A DNA stretch of 32,000 nt from Nostoc sp. PCC 7120 = FACHB-418 (GTDB lineage: Bacteria; Cyanobacteriota; Cyanobacteriia; Cyanobacteriales; Nostocaceae): NCBI RefSeq assembly GCF_000009705.1, contig NC_003272.1:5700001-5732000 (forward strand). Direction: 5' to 3'. This document shows positions 18,090-27,651 of the stretch, one piece after another. Positions within the stretch are counted from its first letter, which is position 1. Each line of letters starts with the position of its first letter. The notes beneath the pieces are model-generated. The model saw nothing but the letters and a program-made list of their open reading frames with translations, made no database searches and was not told the origin of the DNA. The translations under genes were made by a program, and so were the position numbers.

Positions 18090-18706
18090 GCACGTTTAAC
18101 CTGGCGCGATTCCAACCATATAGGCACGAGAATCAATGCCGCAAGTATTAGCACAGCTACAATTGCAAATTGACCGACCCAGGCTACCAACTGTTCAAGG
18201 GAGATAACTTTACCCGCAAAAAAGGCTAATGTTACCATCAGACTAGCCCAAGCGGTTGCTCCGGCTAGGTTATATGCAAAGAATTTTCCAAAAGGCATTT
18301 CAGCTATACCAGCCAAGGGTGCCGCAAAAATTCTTAATAACGCAAAAAAGCGGCCAAAAAACACAGCTTTAGCAGCATTTTGACTAAATTGTTCTTTGAT
18401 ATTTAATAGTTTTTCTTCAGATATCCGAAAAATTTTCCCTATTTGCAGCAAGAAAGGCCAGCCGCCTAGTTTACCAATCCAGTAGCCGCAATTAGCGCCA
18501 ATTACGGCTCCGGTAACGGCGACACCGAGAACCAGCCAGTAACTCAATTCATCACTGCCAGCCAAAAAGCCACCCACTAGAGTTACGGTTTCACCGGGGA
18601 TGGGAAGACCCAAATTTTCTAGTAAAATTCCTAGGAAAATAGCCCAGTAACCGTACTGATGGGCAAACTCCTGAATGTTTTCTAGTAAAATCAGCTCAAG
18701 AGACAT
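18077..18706 (-). CDS. DedA-family membrane protein
   Basis: 209 aa, polytopic. It has the GLPIPGET motif typical of the DedA/SNARE-associated family. Confidence 0.85.
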   Translation of the reverse strand: MSLELILLENIQEFAHQYGYWAIFLGILLENLGLPIPGETVTLVGGFLAGSDELSYWLVLGVAVTGAVIGANCGYWIGKLGGWPFLLQIGKIFRISEEKLLNIKEQFSQNAAKAVFFGRFFALLRIFAAPLAGIAEMPFGKFFAYNLAGATAWASLMVTLAFFAGKVISLEQLVAWVGQFAIVAVLILAALILVPIWLESRQVKRAAGE

Positions 18707-19164
18707 CCCGCACCGCCGTCTTTACAATTTTTTACCATATAGTTTATCTTGGCTCGTTTATGGCTGGGGTGTCAATCAAGCTGCTTTTGGAGATAAGATT
18801 AGATTAAATCTATTATATTTATTACTTATTCAGTATTGACAATCAAATAGTGAGCAGTTAATAGCACAAATGCACAATTACAGCGATAAATCAACTTTTT
18901 AATTATGAAAAATTTATAAAAACCACGGAAAAATATAAAAATTGTGTAAAAGATACGATTGATACCGAAATCCTTAGGCGTTTGTGCCTATATTGAGAAA
19001 AGTTAACACAAATTATACGGCATGAATACTGACGGATAACTGGTCAACTGCATGACTGCTATATTCTGCTTATGCGGGTAGAGCAAGAATTTGCAGATAA
19101 GACTTAACCAGTATTAATGTCGTTTCTTGCTTTTGTTGAGATTGCAATTTACTTAGTTAAATTT

Positions 19165-19518
19165 ATGACACTCACTCAAGAACCACAAGTAGTTTTGTTT
19201 AAGCCCCAAGGCAGTATAGACTTGCAAGGTGGCTTGGCTTTGACTGAACAGATGACTCAGGCAGGGTCTCAACCGCATCAACTTTGGGTACTTGATTTAG
19301 CGGAGGTAGATTTTATGGATAGCTCCGGATTAGTTTCACTAGTAAAAGGACTTACTTCAGCGCGCCAACTTGGTTGTCGCTTGGTTTTATGCAACGTACA
19401 AACTCCAGTCCGATTGATTTTAGAACTGACTCAGCTAGACTCTGTATTTGAAATTTTCGATACCTACGAAGAAATTCTAACCCTCGTCAACGATAACAGT
19501 TTTGCTTTAGTAAGCTAA
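19165..19518 (+). CDS. STAS-domain protein (anti-sigma-factor antagonist family)
   Basis: LDLAEVDFMDSSGL motif containing the conserved phosphorylatable Ser context. Start taken at ATG 19165 (MTLTQEP...). The upstream 16 codons of the ORF look non-coding. Confidence 0.75.
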   Translation: MTLTQEPQVVLFKPQGSIDLQGGLALTEQMTQAGSQPHQLWVLDLAEVDFMDSSGLVSLVKGLTSARQLGCRLVLCNVQTPVRLILELTQLDSVFEIFDTYEEILTLVNDNSFALVS

Positions 19519-20144
19519 CCTATAAAAATACGATAGATGTATGGCAATGTCAATATTGAGTGGTGACATTCAGCTAATAGCCATATTTATTCGCCATTGC
19601 CTATAATTGCACTTATCGTCGGAGAGCAAAACTTACGAGTGAAAGCAATCTCAAATCTTCTCATCATCGAAGTGCCAGCCTATGCTTTGACAGCATAAAC
19701 AGGCTTTGCTGATAGCAAAGCCCCACCGATTCAAACTTGAAAAAGCTTTTTTTAGTGTCAAGTAAAACTTTCTAGTCCATAACTTCTAGTTTTCTAGTCT
19801 CTCACTGGTTATTTATTGGGCGAGTCGCTGGTCAATGCGGGTGCAGCCGGAAATTGCCAAAGTTAGTATCAAGCTTCTTTGCTAACCATACTGCACCTGG
19901 TAGATGATTGTTAACTTTGTGAAAAACCCTACGCATAAAAAAATTTAACGGTCTATGATAGTGATAGCGTCGAGAATATTAAATTAAAAACTTAGCTGAT
20001 ATATATTTTAATTTATGGCGTAAAAATATTTTCACCCCACATAATCCAAGTCTACTTAATAGACTTTTAATGACAAATATAAAGGAAAAGATAGAGGGGT
20101 GGAATCTATTCTTTAGTATTGAGATACTTTAAGTTACTACAAAA

Positions 20145-20705
20145 TCACGCGTTATGCACGCTAGGAATATTAGCTTGTCCCGATGTTGGACGGGGGAAGT
20201 TAGGCAAATCAATACCACTGTGGCTAGAGGTACGGGTTTTGAGTGCTAGACGATAACTCACACTTTGGAGTTCTGCTTGCAACTGACGGTTTTCTCGTTG
20301 TAGAACGGCGACTTTTTCTCTAACGGGAGCCATACGTTCTTCAAACTTACGACGGTAAATTTGGGGTAGTTCCTGCACTACTTGCTCCAACATCCGACTA
20401 CGGTCTGTAAGTTCTTGTACAGACTGACGCAGTTGGTAAATTTCAGTGTCACGAGATGTGATTTGCTCTTGATAAAATGTTACTTGTTGTTCAACAGCTT
20501 GTAATTGCTCTCGCAATGCTTGTAACTGGCTTAAATCATACTCAGACTCCAAGCGTTGGGGCATAAAATTAGTATTGCCCTTGACTAGCCTAAATAGTTC
20601 TTGAGATAGCTGTTGTACTAGTTGATCTCGAAGCTGTAGTTCTTGACGCAGCTGCGATACTTCTGTCGATAGAGATTGGATGTTGGGTGTGTCAGTTTGG
20701 ATCAC
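20145..20705 (-). CDS. hypothetical coiled-coil protein (Gln/Leu/Glu-rich)
   Basis: 186 aa. Heptad-like Q/L/E-rich sequence covers most of its length. GTG start with no clear Shine-Dalgarno sequence. Confidence 0.6.
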   Translation of the reverse strand: MIQTDTPNIQSLSTEVSQLRQELQLRDQLVQQLSQELFRLVKGNTNFMPQRLESEYDLSQLQALREQLQAVEQQVTFYQEQITSRDTEIYQLRQSVQELTDRSRMLEQVVQELPQIYRRKFEERMAPVREKVAVLQRENRQLQAELQSVSYRLALKTRTSSHSGIDLPNFPRPTSGQANIPSVHNA

Positions 20706-20846
20706 GGTGGCTTACAGTTCCCATTGACGAATGTCGAACCTTATGTCTAACTGCAATAGTACTGCTTTTGGCAAGTACTTGTTAATCTAGCATTCCCAAC
20801 TAAATCAAAAAAAAGCCAAAAGGTAAAATTTTTTGTAAAAGGAATT

Positions 20847-20880
20847 AGGGACTGGGTATTGGGGGACTAAAGATTGGAGT
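20847..20880. repeat. short heptamer array (AGGGACT / GGGTATT / GGGGACT)
   Basis: Complement of the CCCCAGT-type STRR unit. Seen directly, with one phase slip. Confidence 0.5.
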
Positions 20881-20971
20881 AATTTTTTTCTTTGCTCCCT
20901 GCTCCACAGACTCTTACTGAGTATTGAGTGGTGACAACTCAATGCCCAGTATAGATTAGTTAGAGACTATA

Positions 20972-21298
20972 TTAAGCGGTGACAGCAACTTTGTCTTCTT
21001 TTTCTTTTGTTACTTCTTGCTTAACTGTTAAGTAACGAATTACTTCTTCGCTCAAACGCATGGCACGTTCTAAAATGGCGATCGCTTTTCCTGGTGCATT
21101 GTAGTTAAACTGCACGTAGAAACCATCACGCTGCTTTTTGATTTCATAGGCTAGGCGGCGCTTACCCCGATTTTGCACTTCGAGATCAGTTGCGCCTTGT
21201 TCTTGTAGCAGGTTTTGATATTTGGCGATCGCTAGTTCCACCTGTTCATCTGTCAGGTCAGGACGTAGGATGTATAAGGTTTCGTAAACTGTGGACAT
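20972..21298 (-). CDS. rpsF: 30S ribosomal protein S6
   Basis: 108 aa. [12 protein letters not shown]-terminal signature. Confidence 0.93.
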   Translation of the reverse strand: MSTVYETLYILRPDLTDEQVELAIAKYQNLLQEQGATDLEVQNRGKRRLAYEIKKQRDGFYVQFNYNAPGKAIAILERAMRLSEEVIRYLTVKQEVTKEKEDKVAVTA

Positions 21299-21472
21299 TA
21301 TGAGTAAGTCTCCTTTTGGACAAGCTGGCTGCTCGTACTAATTTATACAATAGTCTGATAAGAACTACTTGCATCAATCAACATCTGAGCAACAAGGAAC
21401 TATAATCTTACCAGTTTTCAATTTGAATCATCAGCTCAATCCGCCGAAATATCAAGGATATTCATCAAAGTT

Positions 21473-22246
21473 ATGGCGCAGCGCTACGTGCGAGTTCAAA
21501 ATCGGGAAGGTAAGATTTACTATGGGTTACTACAACTGTCTTTCAATGTGCAGGTTCTAGATGCTCCACCGTGGCTGCATGGACAACCCACAGACTTAAT
21601 TTTAGAACCAGATTATTATCAAATTTTGGCTCCCTGCGCTCCTTCTAAAATTGTCGCAGTCGGCAAAAATTATGCAGACCATGCAGCCGAAATGGGAACG
21701 CCAGTTCCTAGTGAACCACTGATTTTTCTGAAGCCACCAACAACGATTATTGCCTCGGAAACAGAGATTAAATATCCTCTCCAGTCACAACGAGTGGATT
21801 ATGAAGGAGAATTAGCGTTGATTATTGGCGATCGCACTTGTAACTGTACACCAGAGGAAGCCCAAACTAAAATTTGGGGATATACCATTGCTAATGATGT
21901 CACAGCGCGGGATTTACAGCGAAAAGATGGGCAGTGGACAAGAGCGAAAGGTTTTGATACTTTCTGCCCATTGGGGCCTTGGATTGTCCGAGAATTGAGT
22001 CCAGGGGCAAGATTACAGACCTTTCTCAATGATGATGCTAATCCCGTACAATCGGCGGGAATTGATCAAATGGTATTTGCCCCTGATTTTTTGGTGTCAT
22101 ATATCAGTCAGGTGATGACATTGCTTCCGGGTGATGTGATTTTAACGGGTACGCCAGAGGGTGTAGGAGCTTTGCAACAAGGCGATCGCATCCGTGTGGA
22201 AATTGAAGGCATTGGTCGCCTAGAAAACACCGTAGCAGCCCGTTAG
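21473..22246 (+). CDS. fumarylacetoacetate hydrolase (FAH) family protein
   Basis: 257 aa. KIVAVGKNYADHAAEMG, YEGELALIIG and GDVILTGTPEGVG blocks. Confidence 0.85.
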   Translation: MAQRYVRVQNREGKIYYGLLQLSFNVQVLDAPPWLHGQPTDLILEPDYYQILAPCAPSKIVAVGKNYADHAAEMGTPVPSEPLIFLKPPTTIIASETEIKYPLQSQRVDYEGELALIIGDRTCNCTPEEAQTKIWGYTIANDVTARDLQRKDGQWTRAKGFDTFCPLGPWIVRELSPGARLQTFLNDDANPVQSAGIDQMVFAPDFLVSYISQVMTLLPGDVILTGTPEGVGALQQGDRIRVEIEGIGRLENTVAAR

Positions 22247-22248
22247 CC

Positions 22249-22725
22249 CTAGCGCACCTGCATATAAACAGCATCAGAAATGGCGGGAATTTCTGCGTAA
22301 CGTCCCAACAAAGAGTTAGCCACAGAATAGACCACAGCAGCAATGATGCCGATGAAAATAGTTGTGTATAGGGTTTGTATGGCAAAGCCCCCAGTAGGAA
22401 TCAATCCAACTATATCTGTGAGGATGCTAAACAAAAATATAATGATGTCTAACAATATGGCTTGCATTGTGTTGAAACGAATAAAATGATTAATTTTTTC
22501 ATTCCTCACTACCAATAACCACAAAACAAAGAAAATAATCAGTCCAGCATAGCGAACGCCGTAATAAATTCTCAATAGTGGAATGAGGGGCAGAAACAGT
22601 AGTTGCAAAACTGGAAACTGTCTCAACAAAAACTCACCAAAGGCAAACACTTCAATTAGAGGAAGCAGATAAGGTAAACAAGCAAAAATTCTATCTTTGA
22701 TGGTTGTAGACCCGCGCCATGTCAT
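22249..22725 (-). CDS. Tic20-family membrane protein
   Basis: 158 aa with four hydrophobic segments. The C-terminal RYAEIPAISDAVYMQV is typical of cyanobacterial Tic20 homologues. It converges on the FAH gene with a 2-nt gap. Confidence 0.8.
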   Translation of the reverse strand: MTWRGSTTIKDRIFACLPYLLPLIEVFAFGEFLLRQFPVLQLLFLPLIPLLRIYYGVRYAGLIIFFVLWLLVVRNEKINHFIRFNTMQAILLDIIIFLFSILTDIVGLIPTGGFAIQTLYTTIFIGIIAAVVYSVANSLLGRYAEIPAISDAVYMQVR

Positions 22726-22806
22726 CGTGCGTTCTCCTGTGGCTAAATTTCATGAGCTACTTGAGCTTAGGATAACGCAGTTACTCAGCATTACTAGCAA
22801 TTATGA

Positions 22807-23004
22807 TTATTCTATATGGGCAACACGAAAACCCATGAGACATTCGTACTGCTCTGGCTGTTCTTGAGCTAGTTGACTAATAGCTTGACCACAGGTGAGT
22901 TTACCACCACGCCATCGGGGTTGACCACTGCCGTTAGCGAGTAAACAAGATGGACAAACCCTCTCAGGGGCAAGGATTTGATCTTCCATTAAAATGACTA
23001 GCAT
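22807..23004 (-). CDS. small hypothetical protein with CxxC plus two further Cys
   Basis: 65 aa. A strong AGGAGGAG Shine-Dalgarno sequence lies just upstream of ATG 23004. Cysteines at positions 17, 20, 38 and 55. Confidence 0.55.
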   Translation of the reverse strand: MLVILMEDQILAPERVCPSCLLANGSGQPRWRGGKLTCGQAISQLAQEQPEQYECLMGFRVAHIE

Positions 23005-23604
23005 CTCATCTCCTCCTGTAACTCCTCAAATGAACCAAAGTTAGGGCTGAGTAGTGATTAGTGAGTGAAAGTATCCTGACTCAGAACTGAAGTTGGTACG
23101 AGCCTTACTTTTTTTTGGAGCAGGTAACCTAGCGGCCTCTTAACTCAGCACGGGTTGAACGCACTGGTAGCGCTAATAGAACTCGGCAGCGTTTTTGGGG
23201 AAAATTTTATTCGTAAAAAATTGCCAAGTGAACCTGAATTTATTGTATGTTGTATATCTCAGAGATTAACTCTCTGGGTGAACACTCATATATAAATTAT
23301 TATTCCTTTTGACAACGAAGCTGAATCAAGCAAGCCATTAGTATTCATCCCACTGATGTATTGAGTGATGGAGAGTATTTATAGTTCATATTTCCGGAGA
23401 GAGGCGAATGATGGTTATCCCATTAACCAATCTGGGAGCTAATAATAAATAAATCAGCATGAATAAAAGTCAATGGTACAGATGCGATTCATCGGATGTG
23501 TACAGTAGCCAAAATAGATGGAAATCTTGATTGGTGACTCTCAGTTATATGCTGCGCTCAAACAAAATCAACTGTTGTGCAAATTTCCATTAGGTATAGT
23601 TGAA

Positions 23605-24888
23605 GTGACTAGAACAAATTCAGATTTTCTCACTAATTCTGATCCAGCGATCGCCGGATTGATTAATCAAGAACTCCAACGTCAACGCGACCACTTGGAG
23701 TTAATCGCCAGTGAAAACTTCACCTCTGCGGCTGTCTTGGCGGCTCAGGGTTCAGTATTGACAAATAAATACGCTGAGGGACTGCCTGGGAAGCGCTACT
23801 ACGGTGGTTGTGAGTTTATCGATAAAATTGAGCAAATAGCTATTGATCGTGCTAAACAGCTATTTGGTGCAGATCATGCCAACGTCCAACCCCATTCTGG
23901 CGCACAAGCCAATTTTGCCGTCTTCCTGACTTTACTCAAACCAGGAGACAAAATCATGGGGATGGATTTGTCTCATGGTGGACACCTCACCCACGGTTCC
24001 CCGGTGAATGTTTCCGGGAAGTGGTTCCAAGTTTGTCACTACGGTGTGAGCCAACAAACAGAACAATTAGACTACGACCAAATTCGTGAGCTGGCGCTGA
24101 GGGAGCGTCCTAAGCTTTTGATTTGCGGTTATTCTGCTTATCCCCGGATTATTGACTTTGAAAAATTCCGCAGCATCGCCGATGAAGTTGGTGCTTACTT
24201 GCTGGCTGATATTGCCCACATTGCAGGTTTAGTCGCAACTGGACTGCATCCTAACCCACTACCTTATTGTGATGTAGTCACAACCACCACCCATAAAACC
24301 CTCCGTGGCCCCAGAGGTGGTTTAATTTTGACCCGTGACGCAGAACTCGGTAAAAAATTGGATAAATCCGTTTTCCCTGGAACTCAAGGCGGCCCTTTAG
24401 AACACGTCATTGCTGGGAAAGCAGTTGCTTTTGGTGAAGCCTTAAAACCAGAATTTCAAGGCTATTCAGCCCAAGTAATTGATAATGCCCGTACATTAGC
24501 CAATCAACTCCAGACTCGCGGATTGAAGCTGGTATCTGATGGTACGGATAACCATTTAATGCTCGTAGATTTACGGTCTGTGAACATGACGGGTAAACGA
24601 GCAGACCAGCTAGTGAGTGAAGTAAATATCACCGCTAATAAAAATACGGTTCCCTTCGATCCCCAATCACCATTTGTTACCAGTGGTTTGCGCTTGGGTT
24701 CACCAGCCATGACCACACGGGGAATGGGAGAGGCGGAATTTACCGAAATTGGTAACATTATCGCCGATCGCCTACTCAACCCAGATTCAGACACAGTCGC
24801 TCAAGATTGTAAACGTCGGGTAGCCGCATTGTGCGATCGCTTCCCCTTATATCCGCACTTAGAAATTCCTGTACCAGTCTTAGCGTAG
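23605..24888 (+). CDS. glyA: serine hydroxymethyltransferase
   Basis: [14 protein letters not shown]-lysine motif. Start set at GTG 23605 (VTRTNSDFL...), giving 427 aa like other cyanobacterial SHMTs. The 29 extra N-terminal codons of the longest ORF (from 23518) look non-homologous. Confidence 0.93.
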   Translation: MTRTNSDFLTNSDPAIAGLINQELQRQRDHLELIASENFTSAAVLAAQGSVLTNKYAEGLPGKRYYGGCEFIDKIEQIAIDRAKQLFGADHANVQPHSGAQANFAVFLTLLKPGDKIMGMDLSHGGHLTHGSPVNVSGKWFQVCHYGVSQQTEQLDYDQIRELALRERPKLLICGYSAYPRIIDFEKFRSIADEVGAYLLADIAHIAGLVATGLHPNPLPYCDVVTTTTHKTLRGPRGGLILTRDAELGKKLDKSVFPGTQGGPLEHVIAGKAVAFGEALKPEFQGYSAQVIDNARTLANQLQTRGLKLVSDGTDNHLMLVDLRSVNMTGKRADQLVSEVNITANKNTVPFDPQSPFVTSGLRLGSPAMTTRGMGEAEFTEIGNIIADRLLNPDSDTVAQDCKRRVAALCDRFPLYPHLEIPVPVLA

Positions 24889-25082
24889 GGATGAAGAAGC
24901 AGGGGAGCAAGGGGAAAAATTTAGAGAAAGATTATCCCCTTTTCCCCCTGCACCCTGCCCCTCTGCCCAATTAGTCCCCAGTCCCAAATTCCTCACTGAT
25001 CAGGGTCTGAAATATAGTAAAAATAAGTAGGAAACCTCCCTCATCACATTTTTGTTTCATAAACTACTCATTAAAAATACAG

Positions 25083-26129
25083 ATGCCTGCTCAGATTTAT
25101 CATCTGATTGCCTTCTTGGTGGCGGCGGTAGTCGTTCTCTGGACTACGCCCGATGTCAGAAAAATTGGTATAAAAAGTGGACGTGTTGACCGCCCTGGCG
25201 ATCGCAAAATCCATGACCGTCCGATGGTGCGTCTGGGAGGAGTTTCTATCTTCGCAGGTACAATAATTTCCTTAATGGTTGTTTGGTGGCTAGGTGGGTT
25301 TAACAATCTCTCACCAGAAAAAGAATGGCAAATTTGGGGTGTTACCTTAGGTGGTTTAGGCTTTTTTCTCATCGGTCTAGCCGACGATTTATTAACCCTG
25401 TCTCCCTTGGGACGCTTGTTGATACAAGTGATTGTTGCTGCTGGTGCATGGAAAGCCGGTGTCAGCATCGATTTCATTAGCATCCCCACGATGGGAATAG
25501 TTGACCTTAACTTTCTCAGTTTGCCCATCACCGTTATCTGGTTGGTAGGCATGGTAAACGCCATCAACTGGATTGACGGTTTAGATGGGTTAGCGGCTGG
25601 GGTATCGGGAATTGCGGCTGTGGTGATGCTGCTTGTGTCTTTGTTTATGCACCAACCGGCAGCAGCGTTAATTGCAGCAGCTTTAGCTGGCGCAGCCTTG
25701 GGATTTCTCCGCTATAACTTCAACCCCGCTCAAATTTTTATGGGTGATGGTGGTTCCTATTTTATGGGCTTCACCTTAGCTGCTGTGGGTGTCATTGGTT
25801 TGGTAAAAATTCCGGCTTTTACAGCAGTTATTTTGCCTTATTTAATTCTGGCCGTTCCCATTGTCGATATGTCAGCCGTGATTCTCTCTCGCATCCGCCA
25901 GGGTAAATTGCCTTGGGTTGCTGATAAACGCCATCTCCACCACCGATTGTTACAAGCTGGTTTATCTCATCGCTGGACGGTTTTGTTTATTTATTCCTTA
26001 ACTTTGTGGGTGGGGAGTTTAGCGTTAGTTGTGGCTGGTGTACCTAGCAGTATTGCTTACGCTGGTGGTTCAACATCCCTATTAAGTTACGTTATTTGGC
26101 GAGCTTGGAGGGTTTCTCAGCAAAAGTGA
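25083..26129 (+). CDS. MraY/WecA-family polyprenyl-phosphate N-acetylhexosamine-1-phosphate transferase
   Basis: 348 aa, polytopic. NAINWIDGLDGLA signature. Confidence 0.85.
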   Translation: MPAQIYHLIAFLVAAVVVLWTTPDVRKIGIKSGRVDRPGDRKIHDRPMVRLGGVSIFAGTIISLMVVWWLGGFNNLSPEKEWQIWGVTLGGLGFFLIGLADDLLTLSPLGRLLIQVIVAAGAWKAGVSIDFISIPTMGIVDLNFLSLPITVIWLVGMVNAINWIDGLDGLAAGVSGIAAVVMLLVSLFMHQPAAALIAAALAGAALGFLRYNFNPAQIFMGDGGSYFMGFTLAAVGVIGLVKIPAFTAVILPYLILAVPIVDMSAVILSRIRQGKLPWVADKRHLHHRLLQAGLSHRWTVLFIYSLTLWVGSLALVVAGVPSSIAYAGGSTSLLSYVIWRAWRVSQQK

Positions 26130-26184
26130 AAAGGTAAAAGCAATAAAGTAGTATTAGCGCCTTTTGCCTTTTTACTTAAATTAC

Positions 26185-27459
26185 ATGAGTGCAGAAATTA
26201 TTTGTGTTGGGACTGAACTGCTTTTAGGAGATATCCTCAACGGAAATGCTCAATATCTAGCGCAGCAACTAGCCCAGTTGGGTATTCCTCATTACCATCA
26301 AACAGTAGTTGGGGATAACCCAGACCGAATTAAGCAAGTTATAAAAATTGCTATCTCCAGAGCTAATATTTTGATTTTTACAGGTGGTCTAGGCCCTACA
26401 CCAGACGACTTGACTTGTGAAACCATTGCTGATTTTTTCGGTTCGCCTTTGGTAGAAAGTCCGGCAATTATCGAAGATATTACGCAAAAATTTGCTCAAC
26501 GTGGTCGGGTGATGACACCAAGTAACCGCAAACAAGCTTTGATTCCTCAAGGCGCAGACATATTACCGAATCCCACGGGTACAGCCCCTGGTATCATCTG
26601 GGAACCTCGTCCTAATATGACAATTTTTACCTTTCCTGGTGTACCTAGTGAAATGCACCGGATGTGGGAAGAAACAGCAGTACCATTTCTCAAAAGTCAA
26701 GGCTGGGGTCAAGAGATTATTTATAGTCGCAGTCTCAAGTTTTGGGGAATTGGGGAATCTGCATTAGCAGAAAAAGTGACAGCTTATTTAAACTTACCTA
26801 ACCCTACGGTAGCGCCCTACGCCGGGAAGGGAGAAGTAAGGCTACGTGTTTCAGCAAAAGCTCCTTCAGAAGCAGCCGCAGAGGCTTTGATTGCACCAGT
26901 AGAGAAGCAAATTAAAGACATTGCTGGCTTAGATTTTTATGGTGTCAATAATGACAGTTTGGCCTCCGTCGTCGGTGAGTTGTTGCGGAGTTCAGGGGAA
27001 ACCTTGTCGGTAGCAGAATCCTGTACTGGTGGTTTGTTAGGACAAATGTTGACGGAGATTTCCGGTAGTTCTGATTACTTTTGGGGTGGGGTAATTTCTT
27101 ACGACAACTCGGTGAAGGCGGGGTTGTTAGGAGTGAACTCAGAAGATTTAGAAAAATTGGGTGCAGTCAGCGATACCGTAGCCGAACAAATGGCTATGGG
27201 TGTAAAAACCCGCTTATCAACAACTTGGGGATTGAGTATTACGGGGATTGCTGGCCCAGACGGAGGGACAGAGACTAAGCCTGTGGGTTTGGTTTATATC
27301 GGGTTAGCCGGGCCAGGGGATGAAGTAAGCAGCTTTAAATATAATTTTGGTACAATGCGCGTTGGGCTACGCCCCACCGTAGGTGATCGCTCTTTTATTC
27401 GTCATTTAAGTGCTTGTACAGCGCTGGATTTACTACGGCGGCGCTTGTTGACAAGGTAA
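26185..27459 (+). CDS. cinA: CinA-family protein (MoCF-binding domain plus PncC nicotinamide-nucleotide amidase domain)
   Basis: MSAEIICVGTELLLG N-terminus and SVAESCTGG in the C-terminal domain. Start taken at ATG 26185 rather than TTG 26164. Confidence 0.88.
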   Translation: MSAEIICVGTELLLGDILNGNAQYLAQQLAQLGIPHYHQTVVGDNPDRIKQVIKIAISRANILIFTGGLGPTPDDLTCETIADFFGSPLVESPAIIEDITQKFAQRGRVMTPSNRKQALIPQGADILPNPTGTAPGIIWEPRPNMTIFTFPGVPSEMHRMWEETAVPFLKSQGWGQEIIYSRSLKFWGIGESALAEKVTAYLNLPNPTVAPYAGKGEVRLRVSAKAPSEAAAEALIAPVEKQIKDIAGLDFYGVNNDSLASVVGELLRSSGETLSVAESCTGGLLGQMLTEISGSSDYFWGGVISYDNSVKAGLLGVNSEDLEKLGAVSDTVAEQMAMGVKTRLSTTWGLSITGIAGPDGGTETKPVGLVYIGLAGPGDEVSSFKYNFGTMRVGLRPTVGDRSFIRHLSACTALDLLRRRLLTR

Positions 27460-27502
27460 ATAAAGAAAAGCGATAGTCTACAACTATCGCTTTTCTTTAT
27501 TT
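27458..27502 (+). terminator. strong terminator after cinA (symmetrical, could act in both directions)
   Basis: AAATAAAGAAAAGCGATAGT - CTACA - ACTATCGCTTTTCTTTATTT. The stem is about 20 bp and starts at the stop codon. Confidence 0.8.
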
Positions 27503-27591
27503 TCCCCGATATCAATTGTTTGGTATATTTATTACTATCACCAGTCTTTAAACGTAGAAAACGTAAAGCAGTATAGATACAAATATTTGAA

Positions 27592-27629
27592 TAACCATAA
27601 GCTTGCCGTGGCTGGCAAATTTATGGTTA
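27592..27629 (-). terminator. hairpin downstream of tRNA-Leu (candidate terminator or processing signal)
   Basis: TAACCATAA / TTATGGTTA (9 bp) plus inner TTGCC / GGCAA. It lies 23 nt beyond the tRNA 3' end and is followed on the minus-strand RNA by a U-rich stretch. Confidence 0.45.
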
Positions 27630-27651
27630 AAGTTACAAGAACTTGCTTTTA

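Noticed and set aside
23393-23398. TCCGGA (the DIF1-like heterocyst promoter motif), and a general scan for NtcA boxes (GTA-N8-TAC) in the intergenic regions.
   Set aside because: No properly spaced -10 element accompanies the TCCGGA on either strand. No exact GTA-N8-TAC was found in promoter-like positions.
23408-23452. 14-codon upstream ORF (MMVIPLTNLGANNK) preceded by GGAGAGAGG in the glyA upstream region.
   Set aside because: It has a good Shine-Dalgarno sequence but is very short, I know of no leader-peptide logic for glyA, and conservation cannot be assessed. I note it but do not call it.
23518-23604. Longest-ORF N-terminal extension of glyA (29 codons from ATG 23518).
   Set aside because: Cyanobacterial SHMTs begin near [12 protein letters not shown] 23605 reproduces that N-terminus and the usual 427-aa length.
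25100-25567. 155-aa minus-strand ORF inside the MraY/WecA-like gene.
   Set aside because: It is antisense to a well-supported polytopic membrane protein. Its composition is Arg/Lys/Pro-rich and typical of shadow ORFs. The same reasoning applies to the antisense ORFs inside phoX (12085..12405, 12623..12916, 13028..13315, 13909..14133), rpsB, tsf, glyA and the GT2 gene.
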